From Sporopachydermia quercuum (taxonomy: Eukaryota), in contig BCGN01000004.1 of assembly GCA_001599295.1 (NCBI GenBank), positions 252,138 through 316,137 of the forward strand: a stretch of 64,000 nucleotides of DNA. The letters are read 5' to 3'. Positions 23,201 through 35,706 of the stretch are shown piece after piece; position 1 is the stretch's first letter; every line of letters begins with the position of its first letter. A model generated the notes under the pieces. It saw only the letters and a list, made by a program, of their open reading frames with translations. It ran no database searches and had not been told where the DNA came from. The position numbers and the translations under genes are program-made.

Positions 23201-26200
23201 TTACAGAGGGCTAGTTACAAAAGGTTCCGTTTTCACTCGTTTAAGCTCGCTTAGCCCAGCTTTAAATGCAGCGACTATACAACTAGCGTCGTTTGAAGTT
23301 ATTTCCCTGTTTGCCGAAGCATTAGGTTTGAGTTCAGACCTCACTTCCCTGTTTGGGAGCTCAACCTTAATCCGGGCTAACCCTGAAACGGCGATTTGCT
23401 GCCTCAATTCGGTAATTCCCTTACTTATTATAGCAAGACAGCTGCTTGCGTCATCATAAATGGCGTTTAGCTCTGGTGGCCTAGTTCCTGTCGCATAAAG
23501 CGGCTCAATTAGGTTTTTGACTAAGGCTAGGGTCTTAACAAATAGAGAAATGAACGCAGGAAATGCAGGAAATGTCAATAAAGTTGTTCTAGTGAAGTGA
23601 GCTAATGATTTGAATTGGGCTAATTCTGAGCACAAGTAGACAAGCGAGCCATTCTTGGTGCCTATTGGGGCACTGTTTTCCTCTTCTGGTTGAACTTTAA
23701 TGAAAATTGCGTCAATTGCTTGCCTAATTGGAGCTAAAGTGTGTGTTAAACCATCCGATACCGAGTTTAAACTTTCCATAACGTAAAATTTACCTTCGGC
23801 AGATATTTCCTGCTGTGGCTTTTGTGATTGTGATTGTGTCATAGTTTGATTTAAAATAGCCGATTTCCCAGCAATGTCAGTTAAAATCTCCTCCAGAGCA
23901 CAAACATTGAGCAGCGTTTCGGCCACAGCGCCGGAAACAATATTGAAGGGTTGACTAAACTGATTTATATGCGGAGAATCAGAATGGTGAGGCTCATTGC
24001 TTGAAATTGGAGGGGAAGCGGTTTCTCCTCTGCTGCCGTTTTTGTAGCTGTGGTTGTCTCTGTAAGTGTTTCTTTCCCCCGGCACAAATGTTGTTTCTCT
24101 TGTTGTGGCCCGCTTCAATTCCGTTGAATTAAACTCAGCTAATTCCCTTTTTATAGCGGCCAACTCTCCAGAATAGGAAATTGTAGGGTGAGCTTTATTT
24201 ACCGGTTCCCGAATTTGGTGTAACTCCCAAATTCGGCAAAGTAGGACTGAAAACTTAAACACTGAAATAGGGACGTCATAAACATCTACTCCACCATTAT
24301 AGAACCGTTCAGCTTTTGTTTGTGACTCTAGTCTTAGTGTTTCGATCGCGGCGGAGACTTTATCCTTCCCGAGGCCGAAACTTAAGGTTTCCACCCCGAA
24401 CATGAACCCGTTAAGCGTGTCAATTAAAGTTAGGTTTAGCACAAGCCGGCGAGCGATTAAAGTAATATTGTCAATAGAGTTTCCGAGAATTTCTGTGGCG
24501 TTTGAATCCGTTCCGAAATTTGCCGGCCTGCCGTTGTTTCCGGTATTATTGTTATTGCCTGGTGATTCCGACATTTTTTCCGCTATTTCTGAGCTCTTTG
24601 TACCCTCCTTGAGTCCCGCCTCGGCAATTATCCCGCACACAAAACCTATTTCGCCGCTGTCACAAATGCCCAATAGCAAATTATGTACAAGTAACAACTG
24701 AAACACCATAATGAGGACGATTCTCCCATACTGCCGCCGAAATGTGGCTTTGCGTAACTTCCAAAATTGCCCTGCTTGTGCGAAAATGCTGTTATGTTCA
24801 TTAATGAGGGATAAATTTATTCCCGTGGCCGTTTTCGTCGATCGTAACTCCCAATTCTGTTCCGAATTCTGTTCTGAATCGGAATTTATACTACTGTAAA
24901 TGCCTCGCACTAGCTCTAATGTTTGTACAAATAACCCCAAGAATAAACTTCGATCTCCGCCAATACAATCGTTGCACCCCTCTTCTAATATTATGTATAA
25001 GTGCTCCCGTTTGTAAGGAAGGATTGGGATTAGCCAGTGGATATTACTGTAATAGGAATTTAGGAGGGATTGGTTGATTAGGGTTTTCCAGACTGAGTAA
25101 TTGTCGTTGAGGGGTTGGAGTTGCATTTGTGGTAAAGGTGGGGTAGACGAGATTGAGGTATTTCGGCTTGTTCCGCTGGCTCCGCCGGTCATAGGAGCCC
25201 CACTAAAAGAGAAGATAGAATGAGGCGGGGGAAGATGAATTAAGTTAGCCGAGCTCACAAAAGAACTGGGTTTAGGTTGGGCCGGAAAGGCAGGACTATT
25301 TCCTAATCGGTTTCCCATTAACGATGTCGGATTATCCGAGCCGAACGAAGAGCTCCGGGCTTGAGGTGATTTCACTAATGAGAAAGGCGGGGTAGAGGTG
25401 CTGGTACTATTTGTAAAGTTAAGGTTGCTGGAAGCGGGATTATTTCCATACTGGTCTTCTGAGTATTCTGAATTGGGGTTAAAGTTGAATTTTGCCCCAC
25501 CACTAGCCCCAGATTGATCCGAAACGGAAGAGGATACCGACAGCTTTCTTCCAAATGGACCTCTGTCGCTAGTAACTTTATAGAATAAGCCGTTGGGATA
25601 CCCCAGGTTCGAGTCGACTATATTTCCGGTTAGATTTGGCACTTGTGTATTTTGGGATGGTACCCCGCTTATTATTCCGCTTACTATTCCGCTTCTCGGG
25701 GATAAGGCACCTTCCATATTAGGCAAATTAGCAAGAGGGGTAGTAAAAACTGAACCCGATCCGGGACTTGACACAGAACCCGTGCGGGAACCGGGACCGG
25801 ACGATAAGACCGGCTTCAATGCGGGTAAATTAGTGGCACTTGCCGATGCCAAGCCGATATTTGCTGGATTGAATAACGGCAGTAACGGTGATGAATTTCC
25901 ATTGTTGGACGACAAAAGCGGGGACGTTGGAGCTGACCCCGCGTTTCGGATGTTTCCGGGTCCTANGCCGGCACCAGATCGGATTCCGGGTAGAAAATTC
26001 AATCCCAGCCCTAAATTGGGGTTTGAATTAGGGCTTGTGTCGGGGATATTAAAGTTTTGCGATTGTGACCGAGGCCTGGTTGAGAACGTGCCTAAGTTGG
26101 ATAAGGGTGGTAACCCTAATTGAGTATTGGGAGGGGCATTTGCTGTTTGTGGTTGTTGTGTTTGTTGAATTCCGTATAGAGGGGGTAAAACGTGTTGCGG

Positions 26201-26878
26201 GGTTGAAATAGAATTGGTTGGGAGTCCGCCAAAACTGCTACTTCTGACATGTATTTGGTGGGGTATTGGCGAGGTTCTGGTGGGGTCTGCATTGTGTTTG
26301 TACTCATGTTTTTGATTCAATTTGTAATTGTTCAATGCATTGTTTATCGTTGATGTTTGTGAGCTGATTGATTGTTTGCGGTGATCAGTGGTTGGAGTGT
26401 TTGCCCCGCTTTCCCCGCTTGTGCCACTTACTGTTGCCGGTCCGAGTCCTGGTCCCATTTCTGTGCCTCCAGAGTTGCCGCTTGTGGTTCCATCCCGAGT
26501 AGGACCCCGCTTCAATGGAACCCTACTAAACTTACACGGAACCTTATAACGTTTACAGTTAGAACATGTGACTTCCCCCACTTCTCCGAGGGGGCCTTTG
26601 AAGCCCCGAAGGTCTATTTGTGACAAGTCAGCATCACATTTGATTTTCTTTCGTCGGCATTCGTCACAAGCGCGGGAAACTTTGGATCGTTTCCGAGGAG
26701 GTGTCGATACCGAGCGTTTATTTTTTGGCGTACCGGTTGGGCTTCCGCTTGGGCTTCCGCTTTGAGATTCTGTTTCTGGGGCATTCTGTGGAGAACTCCG
26801 AGGGACACCCCGTGGGGAAGTTGGCCCCACCAATGAACCATGAGGGGACACTGAAGAAGAATCTCCACTTCTCGGCAT
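23201..26878 (-). CDS. RGT1: Zn(II)2Cys6 glucose-transport transcription regulator
   Basis: RKRSKVSRACDECRRKKIKCD..CSNC..CKFSRVPLKRGP matches the Rgt1 zinc cluster; first in-frame ATG at 26878 (the track start is a TTG). Confidence 0.85.
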   Translation of the reverse strand: MPRSGDSSSVSPHGSLVGPTSPRGVPRSSPQNAPETESQSGSPSGSPTGTPKNKRSVSTPPRKRSKVSRACDECRRKKIKCDADLSQIDLRGFKGPLGEVGEVTCSNCKRYKVPCKFSRVPLKRGPTRDGTTSGNSGGTEMGPGLGPATVSGTSGESGANTPTTDHRKQSISSQTSTINNALNNYKLNQKHEYKHNADPTRTSPIPHQIHVRSSSFGGLPTNSISTPQHVLPPLYGIQQTQQPQTANAPPNTQLGLPPLSNLGTFSTRPRSQSQNFNIPDTSPNSNPNLGLGLNFLPGIRSGAGXGPGNIRNAGSAPTSPLLSSNNGNSSPLLPLFNPANIGLASASATNLPALKPVLSSGPGSRTGSVSSPGSGSVFTTPLANLPNMEGALSPRSGIVSGIISGVPSQNTQVPNLTGNIVDSNLGYPNGLFYKVTSDRGPFGRKLSVSSSVSDQSGASGGAKFNFNPNSEYSEDQYGNNPASSNLNFTNSTSTSTPPFSLVKSPQARSSSFGSDNPTSLMGNRLGNSPAFPAQPKPSSFVSSANLIHLPPPHSIFSFSGAPMTGGASGTSRNTSISSTPPLPQMQLQPLNDNYSVWKTLINQSLLNSYYSNIHWLIPILPYKREHLYIILEEGCNDCIGGDRSLFLGLFVQTLELVRGIYSSINSDSEQNSEQNWELRSTKTATGINLSLINEHNSIFAQAGQFWKLRKATFRRQYGRIVLIMVFQLLLVHNLLLGICDSGEIGFVCGIIAEAGLKEGTKSSEIAEKMSESPGNNNNTGNNGRPANFGTDSNATEILGNSIDNITLIARRLVLNLTLIDTLNGFMFGVETLSFGLGKDKVSAAIETLRLESQTKAERFYNGGVDVYDVPISVFKFSVLLCRIWELHQIREPVNKAHPTISYSGELAAIKRELAEFNSTELKRATTRETTFVPGERNTYRDNHSYKNGSRGETASPPISSNEPHHSDSPHINQFSQPFNIVSGAVAETLLNVCALEEILTDIAGKSAILNQTMTQSQSQKPQQEISAEGKFYVMESLNSVSDGLTHTLAPIRQAIDAIFIKVQPEEENSAPIGTKNGSLVYLCSELAQFKSLAHFTRTTLLTFPAFPAFISLFVKTLALVKNLIEPLYATGTRPPELNAIYDDASSCLAIISKGITELRQQIAVSGLARIKVELPNREVRSELKPNASANREITSNDASCIVAAFKAGLSELKRVKTEPFVTSPL

Positions 26879-27669
26879 TGCAGTCAAGACAGTGCGCTTC
26901 CGAAGTCCCGCTTTTGNTTCTACTTCCGCTAATGATTCGGCGATCTTCTCCCTATTTCCTTCCGTCTCCGTGATTGTCTCCGTTGTTTTGCATAAAGTAT
27001 GTATTCTTTTTGAGTTCTTATCAGCTCTAATTCCNGTGGTTGCCTATCGGCATATTTGAATTCTTAGACCTCCGTATAGTTTCCAAGTAGCTTCCAATTT
27101 ATTCTATGCTGAGATTGCCTGTTATTTACCCCTCTTTCTACCTACAACTTCTGATCCGTCTCATGAAGAAGGAGATAAGTTAAGAAATTCTGAATAAGTA
27201 AGAAGAAGAAGACCACAGAGTGAGTTTTTTTGTTAGAATAAGCGGAAAAACAACTGGGGAAAATTGTGGGGGGAAGCTTGTTGACTGTACGGAAGTAAAT
27301 TGTACAATAAGGTTATAGTTTGTATTTTGAGTTGAACTAAGATAAGGTTTGGTATAGTTTTAAGTGTTAGTGCTGGGATTTCCAAGATGTGAGCTATGTG
27401 CAGGGTCTATGAACAGGAATGGGCCTTAAAAGTGTGTAAAACGCTGTAGGCATTCAAAGACTAATAGGGGTAATATTACCAAAATTAAATGTGTACAACA
27501 TTCTTATGAATAGAGGTAATCAGATTTAATTATGTTTCTTGCTGAACAGAGACAAGAAGCGTTAGACTGATATAAATTTTGAGAAGCCATTTAGTTGAAG
27601 TCTAATTTTAACGTTTAGTTTCATACTTATGTACCGAATGCACATCTTGTCTAAATTACTTCTTGCAAT

Positions 27670-30530
27670 AAGCGTATTACCTTATATGGAGTATAACCTA
27701 ACATGTCTGCTTCAATCTATCGAATCCGGCTTGGAACGGAGAAACTGCAAATGGAAGTGGAATGGGACTTAATAATATCTCTTTCCGGAAAGTTACACGA
27801 ATGGAAAATTGAAGGGTTAATGAATTATGGGCTGTTTTTATGAAGATTGAATAAAATTTTTGGCTTTAAATATGAATATTGAGGGAAAATTGTCACAAGA
27901 TAACTATCAGATGTGATTTGCAAGTAGAATGGTAATTTACTAGTTTTGTATCATGTAAAGATTTATGCAAGTACGGTATAGGCAATCTATAGCCTGATTT
28001 AGGGAATTGGTGGATCCATTAAATTGAGTTGTAGAGCAGAACTGACAGCTTTAATTGGCAGACAGGAAATTGATCCGTAATTTGTCATATTTCTTGTTGG
28101 AGGATTTTATTTGTGTTAACACAACAATCTTTTCTTTATAGTAACAGAAAATAATGTTAGGTCTTTTGCTGCATTTATTCTTATTAGGTTTGAAGCACAT
28201 GTGAACAAGAGCAATCAGTGACTATTTTTCTTTAGAAACTAATCATTTTACTCTTATTCATTGACCGTAGAGAGAACATTGTATTAGTTGTTGATCAACA
28301 TAAATGTAGTGATGTACCCTTGCACCTCCTGCTTCATAGGTATGTTACAAGTTATTCCGATGGCTGATAATTACCAACTAAGCCTCTTCTACCAATTGAT
28401 AACCAAAGAAATTGAGAACTGTTAGAGTAAAAGATTCTCTTCATTCTCGGTTTTACCGACAAGAGAAATAGTTAATCCGAACTTCAGCCGATTTATAGTA
28501 TGTACATGTAAATTTTTAGACTTCATTCATTTCTGTTTTATTTGCGATGGAAATTACTTATCCAAAACTAAAACTGTATAGATAGCCTAGCCCATAAATG
28601 AATGAAGTGAAGTAAATCGCAATAAAATGGATTATTCAGCGTTAAGTTCTAGTTATCTTTTTTTCTAGGACAAGAATAAAAGAGCGGATAACTATACTAT
28701 CAGCAGAGAGAAAGAACTTTTTATTATGAAATTTACGTTAGGTAATTTTACCGAAATGAAAAGGAAGCGGTTTATTCAGGGAAGTTTTCCCGAACATGTT
28801 AGGTCGTGAAGTTAGTTAGCTTATTCGAGGATGATGGAATAAGGCGTTAAGTGTTTTGAAATGTTTTCTATTGGAGGAGGTTTTAATGTACATGATATGA
28901 CTAAGTACAAGTTGAATACTATAATTCAATAAAATAAAAAAAGTCTAATTTGCTATGCTATGGTGTATGGAAATATTAGTATATCATTTCCTGCTCATTT
29001 ATAAACAAATATTCAGTAATCAGTTTTACTCCCCTAATTCTTCTATCTTTCCGAGTATCGACTTGGTAAGATAGAAATACAAATATTTTACTGATCTAGT
29101 TTAGTATATGTTATACTTACAGTTTGTAAACTTTATTAATGAACTTCGGTAATAAAACGGTATATCCACCCTGAACGTCCCTCTCTGAAATAAAATTCAC
29201 AAAGCATTACATTTACTAACGAACGACATGAGCTTGTGTGATGCAAAACATTCTCACAATAAACTCTACATCGCAAAATGCAATTTCCAATGGTTCGAAA
29301 CATCTCTCTTTTCTTTTGTCACCCCTCTTTTTGATATGTTTTGCATATTTCTCATTAATTACTCCTTCATTAAAAGGGTATACTTTACTACTGTATCGCT
29401 ATAATCAAAACATTCTCGACTAAATTCCTAACTTTTCCTAATATTCCCGATGAACGGCTAATGTATGATTCNATTCAAAAATGTATGTACCTAACCAATA
29501 TGTTTTCATTTCCCCACAAACCTTATATGGATTAAGGTTTGAGATACGTTTAGTGTGTACTGAAATTTAAACTAATGCAGCAGCAGATTATCATGATTAT
29601 TGAGCTGGAAATATATAGATATAGGGAGTTATTTTTGATAATTGTTATTTTCTAGTCTAAAAAGGGAATTCTATTTAATGAATTATTTGACAATGGTCTT
29701 TCAGTGTCTAATTCAATGTAAATCTTGTTAACCGTTTTTGCGGTTGGATGTTAACTTGGTTTACGTACATATAAATAAAGTTTAGACTCAATTTTTAATT
29801 TTATTTAATTAGAACATTTCCATCTCCTGTAGTATGTCACAAACACAGGTATTTACTAGCCCGTTATAGGCTTCATTATTTTATAGAATGTCACTTGATG
29901 TATGTCTCCGTGTTTTTGAAAATAAATAAATTTGTATTTCACAAGTAGAAATCAAAGTGGAACGAGCATACCCGTACGGAGGAATACCACATATTGAGAG
30001 GCAGTAATGGGGTTCATTATATGATCAATTAGCACATTCCCAGAAAAATCTAGGAAAAGTCTCTTACCTAGGTCTAATGTTACTACTTAAAAGTGAAATA
30101 TTATTGGTATTTCATAGTATAAGACTTTATATTAAGTAGCAATTTTCAGTCAATGTTATCCTTCGGCTGGGCCTAATTCTCTCGCAACTTTATATTCTCA
30201 TGCATTACAATGCATGGGTTTGCATTTATCATATATGACACCTTATGACACCTGCATGAACTTTATCGTAAAATCCGGGGGGACTATTAAGTATGTTCGA
30301 AATGTCGATTGGAAGGTTTACTCAAGTTTAAGCAGGTCAAATGATGAAATCAATGGCAACACAAGAAATTCCATAGTCGTCGTACTTTGATACATGTCAA
30401 TTAATAACTAAGATTTAATGGGTTTCTTCAATAAGCATAAGCTAAGCAATAAGGACATATATCGTTGTCATATGGGTGGCTGGGATAGGCTATAACAGAA
30501 GATGTTCAGATTAATTCATTGTTCCCAAGC
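27670..30530 (+). mobile_element. Decayed Ty1/copia pol relic, protease to RNase H
   Basis: Ordered fragments: YYL..G..*HVC and ETANG (protease), GNLL, RF..HVN, CTSCFIG (~28322, integrase CxxC), LHS, PY*EAV-GSL (~29990, cf. PYREAVGSL), GWA, GGTI, KDIYRCH (cf. KHIDxRYH). Confidence 0.62.
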
Positions 30531-31059
30531 GTTTGCTGTTCTTTTTGCAACGCAATTAATTTTTTTTTAATTCAGTAACATCACAACCAACAACAAAAAA
30601 GGTTGGAACAATCATATTCTTTCTGTATACACCAACTTTTACCTCATTGTCACAGTAGCTTGCTGGATCATTCTATTCTTCTTCTTCTTCTTCAGTATGA
30701 TCAAATACGGCTCCACATATAAGTTGGAACGTATTTGTGTTGATTCTTAAAATGCAATCTACCTGTATTTTAATTTCTAACCGTTTGTTTCTGTTCGAGA
30801 CCTCGGAAAACCGTTTGTTTCTGAGTTTTCAGATAAACCGGCCATAATAATTAAAGATGACATAATCAATAAAATTCATGATTCATATACTCACGTGATG
30901 AGTATTTGCTTTTTACAATCATCTTATGGTTATTTCCATCATTATCCATAAAAGCTAGATCGTTCTTTGTTATTACTTCACAGTCGTCATACAAAGTTCT
31001 TGTTATCAGCTAAGGCGAACACATTGGAACAGTGCATTGAAATAGACCTAATTGGAATC

Positions 31060-31843
31060 ATGGATGACTCAGAACTTCAAGCTATCAGAGCTGCCAGAAT
31101 GGCAGAGTTGAGGAAATCAGCTGGCGGTAACACTGGCTCAGCGGCACAACCAGATGATAAACAGTATGTCGAACTAGGATGTTATTATTAACACTAGGTA
31201 ATTCATGTCGCTGCGGATTACTTGGATTACTAACTTTACTACTTATAGGAGACAGCAAGAAGAAATGAGATCATCTATGGTATGTTCATTATAATTTCAT
31301 TGTATATGTCCAATCCATCATTGAAAACACACATTTAGCTAACACACAAAACAATAGCTTGCAACAATATTAGCACCCAGTGCCAGGGAACGTCTATCAA
31401 GAATCAGAATGGTTAGAAATGAGCGTGCTAAGGCGTATGTTACTTATTTGACTTCTTCTAGTATAAATCTTTACCTTTATGTACTGGAATCTCCAGCCTT
31501 CATCCCAACGGTTGGTTTCAACAGTCAAACTAACAGTACGTCTTGTAGTGTGGAGGAATATCTTATACGACTAGCGCAATCAGGACAGCTACAAAGGAAA
31601 GTTGAAGAAGATGAGCTGGTTGAGATTTTGGACCAGCTTTCCAAACAAGACAGAAAAGAGACGAAGATTGTCGTAAGTGATCAATTGCTTTAACGATACC
31701 TTTCATTTCATGCCTTTCATAGGTATTGTGCAAGAATTATCAGTCATGAAAGTACTACGATAGGACCCGAAAACTAACAGCTTGTGCACTAGTTTGAACG
31801 AAGGCAGTTAGATGATGATGACAGTGATGATTTTTTCGATTAG
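31060..31843 (+). CDS. SDD2: PDCD5-like DNA-binding protein, 128 aa; exons 31060-31163, 31249-31279, 31358-31434, 31549-31672, 31793-31843
   Basis: MDDSELQAIRAARMAEL..LAPSARERLSRIRMV..AVEEYLIRLA..KIVFERR..DDFFD; four introns with GTATGT/GTAAGT donors, CTAAC branch sites and TAG acceptors, all preserving frame. Confidence 0.93.
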
Positions 31844-32250
31844 AATATAATACAATGGTCATACGATTAGTTTCATCAATGTAACCCAACGGTCAAGATA
31901 TTACATAGAAAGAAAGATATATATGCGCACTATGCACGTCTATGCATAAGCATGCACTTGTTGCATGGCATCTTTACTACACTCCCTTAACCCTATTTCT
32001 ATTCCCTAATTTACTCGTGACCTTATTTTCCTAGTACATGTAAAATTCATCTCCAATCTCCAGAACACCCTCGTCCTCGTTTTGTGCAAACCCTTTTTCT
32101 TCTAGGCACAAATGACCCATCAAAGCCCTATACAAGAGATCAACATTTTAGCTATTATGATGGGTATCATCGTACTAACAGTATAAAGCATCAATAAAAG
32201 TAGCTTAGTTTTCTCTCTAAATCACCAAAGTAATTTTAATCCTATTCACA

Positions 32251-32812
32251 ATGCCACCTGTACAACAAATGCATGGAATGCAACAACCTTCCTATTGGGA
32301 CAAGTTCAAGATGGGTGCCATGATGGGAGTAAGTATAGATAGTAGAAGATATGTTGATAGTAAGAGATTTAAGAAACGGAGAAGTTCATCAGTCATCGGT
32401 ATATTTGGTTTAATTAATGATGGCTCCTTTGGTACAACGTTCCATGTCCCGCTTTTAATTTCTTCGTTGTTACTATGTCAAATTCATAGAATATTAGTAC
32501 TAACATAATGCCTAGACCACAGTCGGAGTATGTGTTGGAGTTCTATTTGGTGGCTTTGCCATATTAACCAATGGTCCAGGACCACATGGAGTGATGAGAA
32601 CGTTAGGACAATACATTGGAGGCTCAGCAGCCACTTTCGGCTTGTTTATGTCTGTCGGTTCCGTGATCAGATCAGAATCAGATATCTCAAAGTATAACCA
32701 AATGCAAGAAGCTATTCTATCTCATACCAACGGCAGAGCTCCCAGAAGTCCATTAGAATGGAGACTGGCCTATGAGAATGTGAAAATAGTGTCTCAACAA
32801 GGTGAAAATTGA
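32251..32812 (+). CDS. MGR2: TIM23-complex subunit Mgr2 (Romo1 family); exons 32251-32328 and 32516-32812
   Basis: [60 protein letters not shown] intron. Confidence 0.94.
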
Positions 32813-33658
32813 GATATGTGGAAGTTCAGATAGCGTACTTGCGTGATGAATGGCATGCAATATGTTTGCTTTTACACTCCAGTTAGACGTATATCTCTTC
32901 TGTTGTGATGATCTTCCAACAATATGTTGGAGATCTGTTGTGTATATAATAAAAAAACGAAAGATTTCTTTGTCCGGAGTATTATGATGATAAAATGGTA
33001 TTTTGTATGGGTTTCAAGGTGCACCTGTCACACCTGCACTTGCATACACTTGCAGAATAGAGTATATATACCGGAAGTTCACTAGCATCCTGAGCATAAA
33101 GTTACATATTCTGCGGTAAATAGACATAAAACTCTTATGTCATGCATTGGGACTATCCTGTTATCAAGAACATTACAGAATTCTCGGTAAATTAGCCTAA
33201 GCCTCCACACTTGTTCTTGTTGCACTGCTCTTCTCATTTAATTTCATCCCAGGTCTTACCCATTTCCAAAGTTTCCGATATTTCTGCATCTTCTCCTATT
33301 GGCATAGTTTCCGCTTTTCACATAATGTATCTCACCGCTTCCTTCCTTTGTTCTTCCTATCAAATGGCAGCTTTACTATCTACTTTATACATAAATATCA
33401 CCAAGAACTCCAATTTGTAACACTATTTACTATAATCCAATAACAGAATCTTTGTAGCCACTGAGATATTTTCGGCGATTTCTATTTATCATTTCCGGGT
33501 CAGAGAATTTTGCTCACAAAGCGGTTGTTTTTTTGCTACAGCAGCTGTTATCTCAGTGAGACGTGGCTCAAGTAACCAAGCCACAATCAAGCCACAACGG
33601 CTTCTATTTGACCTCATTTGGCAACGGTTACTGTTTTGGCAATAAATCACTTGAAAGC

Positions 33659-35706
33659 ATGCAGTCCCGGAACAAAACGGAAGTAAGTTTCGTTAACTTC
33701 AACCAGGATTTCTCTTGCATCTCTGTTGGAACATCCGATGGACTGCGTTTGTTCAACTGTGACCCATTTGGGCAATGCTATTCCCGATGTGAGTAATTAT
33801 GGCTTATATGATGCCTTTTGTTGTTTGGTCTAGGATTTTTTGGTTGCGGGGTTCTCCCGAAGCGTTTGTATGGCAACTATGCAGATCCGGGGCCATATAC
33901 GCGCAATTGACGTGTTTCACGGCAGAGTGGCGGAGGGTGTGACTTAGTGCAACTGAGTAGCCTAACTATGGCGCAGCTGATGTTCCATTTTAGGTTTCTG
34001 GCCTATGAGAGCTTCTGAAAGTTTGAGTTCATTGTTGATATTGAAAATGCTATAATGCAGACAGCCACTTACACATACCTTCCTCACATTGCCCCATCAA
34101 ATTGAACCCCTCATCCGAAATTTTCCTTTTTGGCAGCTCTTCCGCAACCTTGTTCGGCTTTCCATCACGCTTTGAACCCTAGAACACAATGCTAACCTAA
34201 ATGCCCGTTTGGGGCTTCTTTAGTTGACGGAAGTATAAGTATGAACCTAAATTTACACTCTCGGAGCACTTTCCTTATTGGGGCAATCATCCGTTGAACC
34301 TGATTTTCTAGCAGATTTTGTTCATTATCCCGCTAACATCCCGCGTTTCCATTTCCCTTGTAGGTGTTGCTGAAATGCTTTTTTCTACTTCATTAGTCGC
34401 CGTTGTCGGCGCCGGCGATAAACCTTCAAATTCACCCCGGAGGCTAAGAATAATCAATACTAAAGTAAGTGCTACCCCATTTGTGTTATTTCCTATTCGG
34501 TCCTTCCGTTCCGCCACTAACTGCCCTCTTTAGCGCCAGTCAACCATCTGCGAACTAACTTTCCCCACTCGAGTTCTTTCCGTCAAAATGAATCGAAAAC
34601 GATTGGTAATCGTCCTACAAGACCTCATTTACATATACGATATAAGTTGCATGAAGCTTCTCCACACAATTGAGACATCGCCGAACCCCGCGGCGATATG
34701 TGTGTTGTCCCCCTCGTCGGAGAACTGTTTTATGGTTCACCCCGCGCCAGGATTGAATACGGTGTCTCCGTTTGCACCTAGTGGTGATGGCGATGAAACT
34801 ACGGCTAGGAAAGGAAGTTCCGCTAGCGGGTTAGGAGGAAATAGCCTTAGCCCGGCATTTGGCTCGGAACCAATGAGAGGCAAGTCAGGTGACATTATAG
34901 TTTACGACGCGTCGGCATTGATTCCCTTAAACGTTATTGAAGCTCACAAAAGCCAGATCGCGTGTCTGGCCATCAACTCCGATGGAACCTTAATTGCCAG
35001 TGCTTCCGAAAGAGGCACGATCATCCGAATATTCTCCGTTCCGAACGGAACCAAACTGTATGAGTTCCGGCGAGGTAGCTATTCCGCTGCCATTAGTAGT
35101 ATGAACTTTAACTCTACATCATCAATGCTTTGTGTTACTTCAGGTACGGAAACAGTGCATATATTTCGTCTTGGTGGAACCAGTAGCCGAAGACTACTCA
35201 ATTCGGTACTAAATTCGGACAGCAATTCCGGCGGAGGTGCAATAAGGTCCCGATCCAGCTCCAGAGCCAGTGAAAGCGGGCAAAGTATCCGAAGCAGCCG
35301 AAGCCGAAGCCGAAGCGGAAGCGAAAGCAGTAGACTTTCGGAAGCCTCAGGAAGATCCGAAAATGGGAGAAATGGTGACGAAACAGGATATATATCCGGA
35401 GGAATGGGAGTCGGAACAATGGTCCCCGCAATGGCGGGTAAGAAAAGCTTATTCTCATTAGGGAAAAATATGGCGGGGGCAGTTACTCCGTTCTTACCGA
35501 ATAAGGTAACATCTATACTAGAACCGGTAAGAGATTTCGCTTATATAAGGTTACCGATAGCGGCAGGGGTTCGTTCTGTTGCGGGGTTCTCTGCATCTTC
35601 AAATTATGTTATGGTTGTAACTCTTGCAGGGGTATTTTATGTTTATGCTTTGAATAGTAGTGGAGGGGNATGTATGTTAGTTAAGCAGTATTCCATAAAT
35701 GATTAA
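33659..35706 (+). CDS. ATG18: PROPPIN autophagy protein, 472 aa; exons 33659-33788, 34224-34238, 34364-34464, 34534-35706
   Basis: [60 protein letters not shown] and the lipid-binding FRRG motif; three introns. Confidence 0.92.

Noticed and set aside
16846..30900. CACGTG E-boxes at ~16848, ~20169 and ~30892 as point-centromere CDEI elements
   Set aside because: No recognisable CDEII/CDEIII arrangement; promoter positions fit ordinary bHLH (Cbf1-type) sites.
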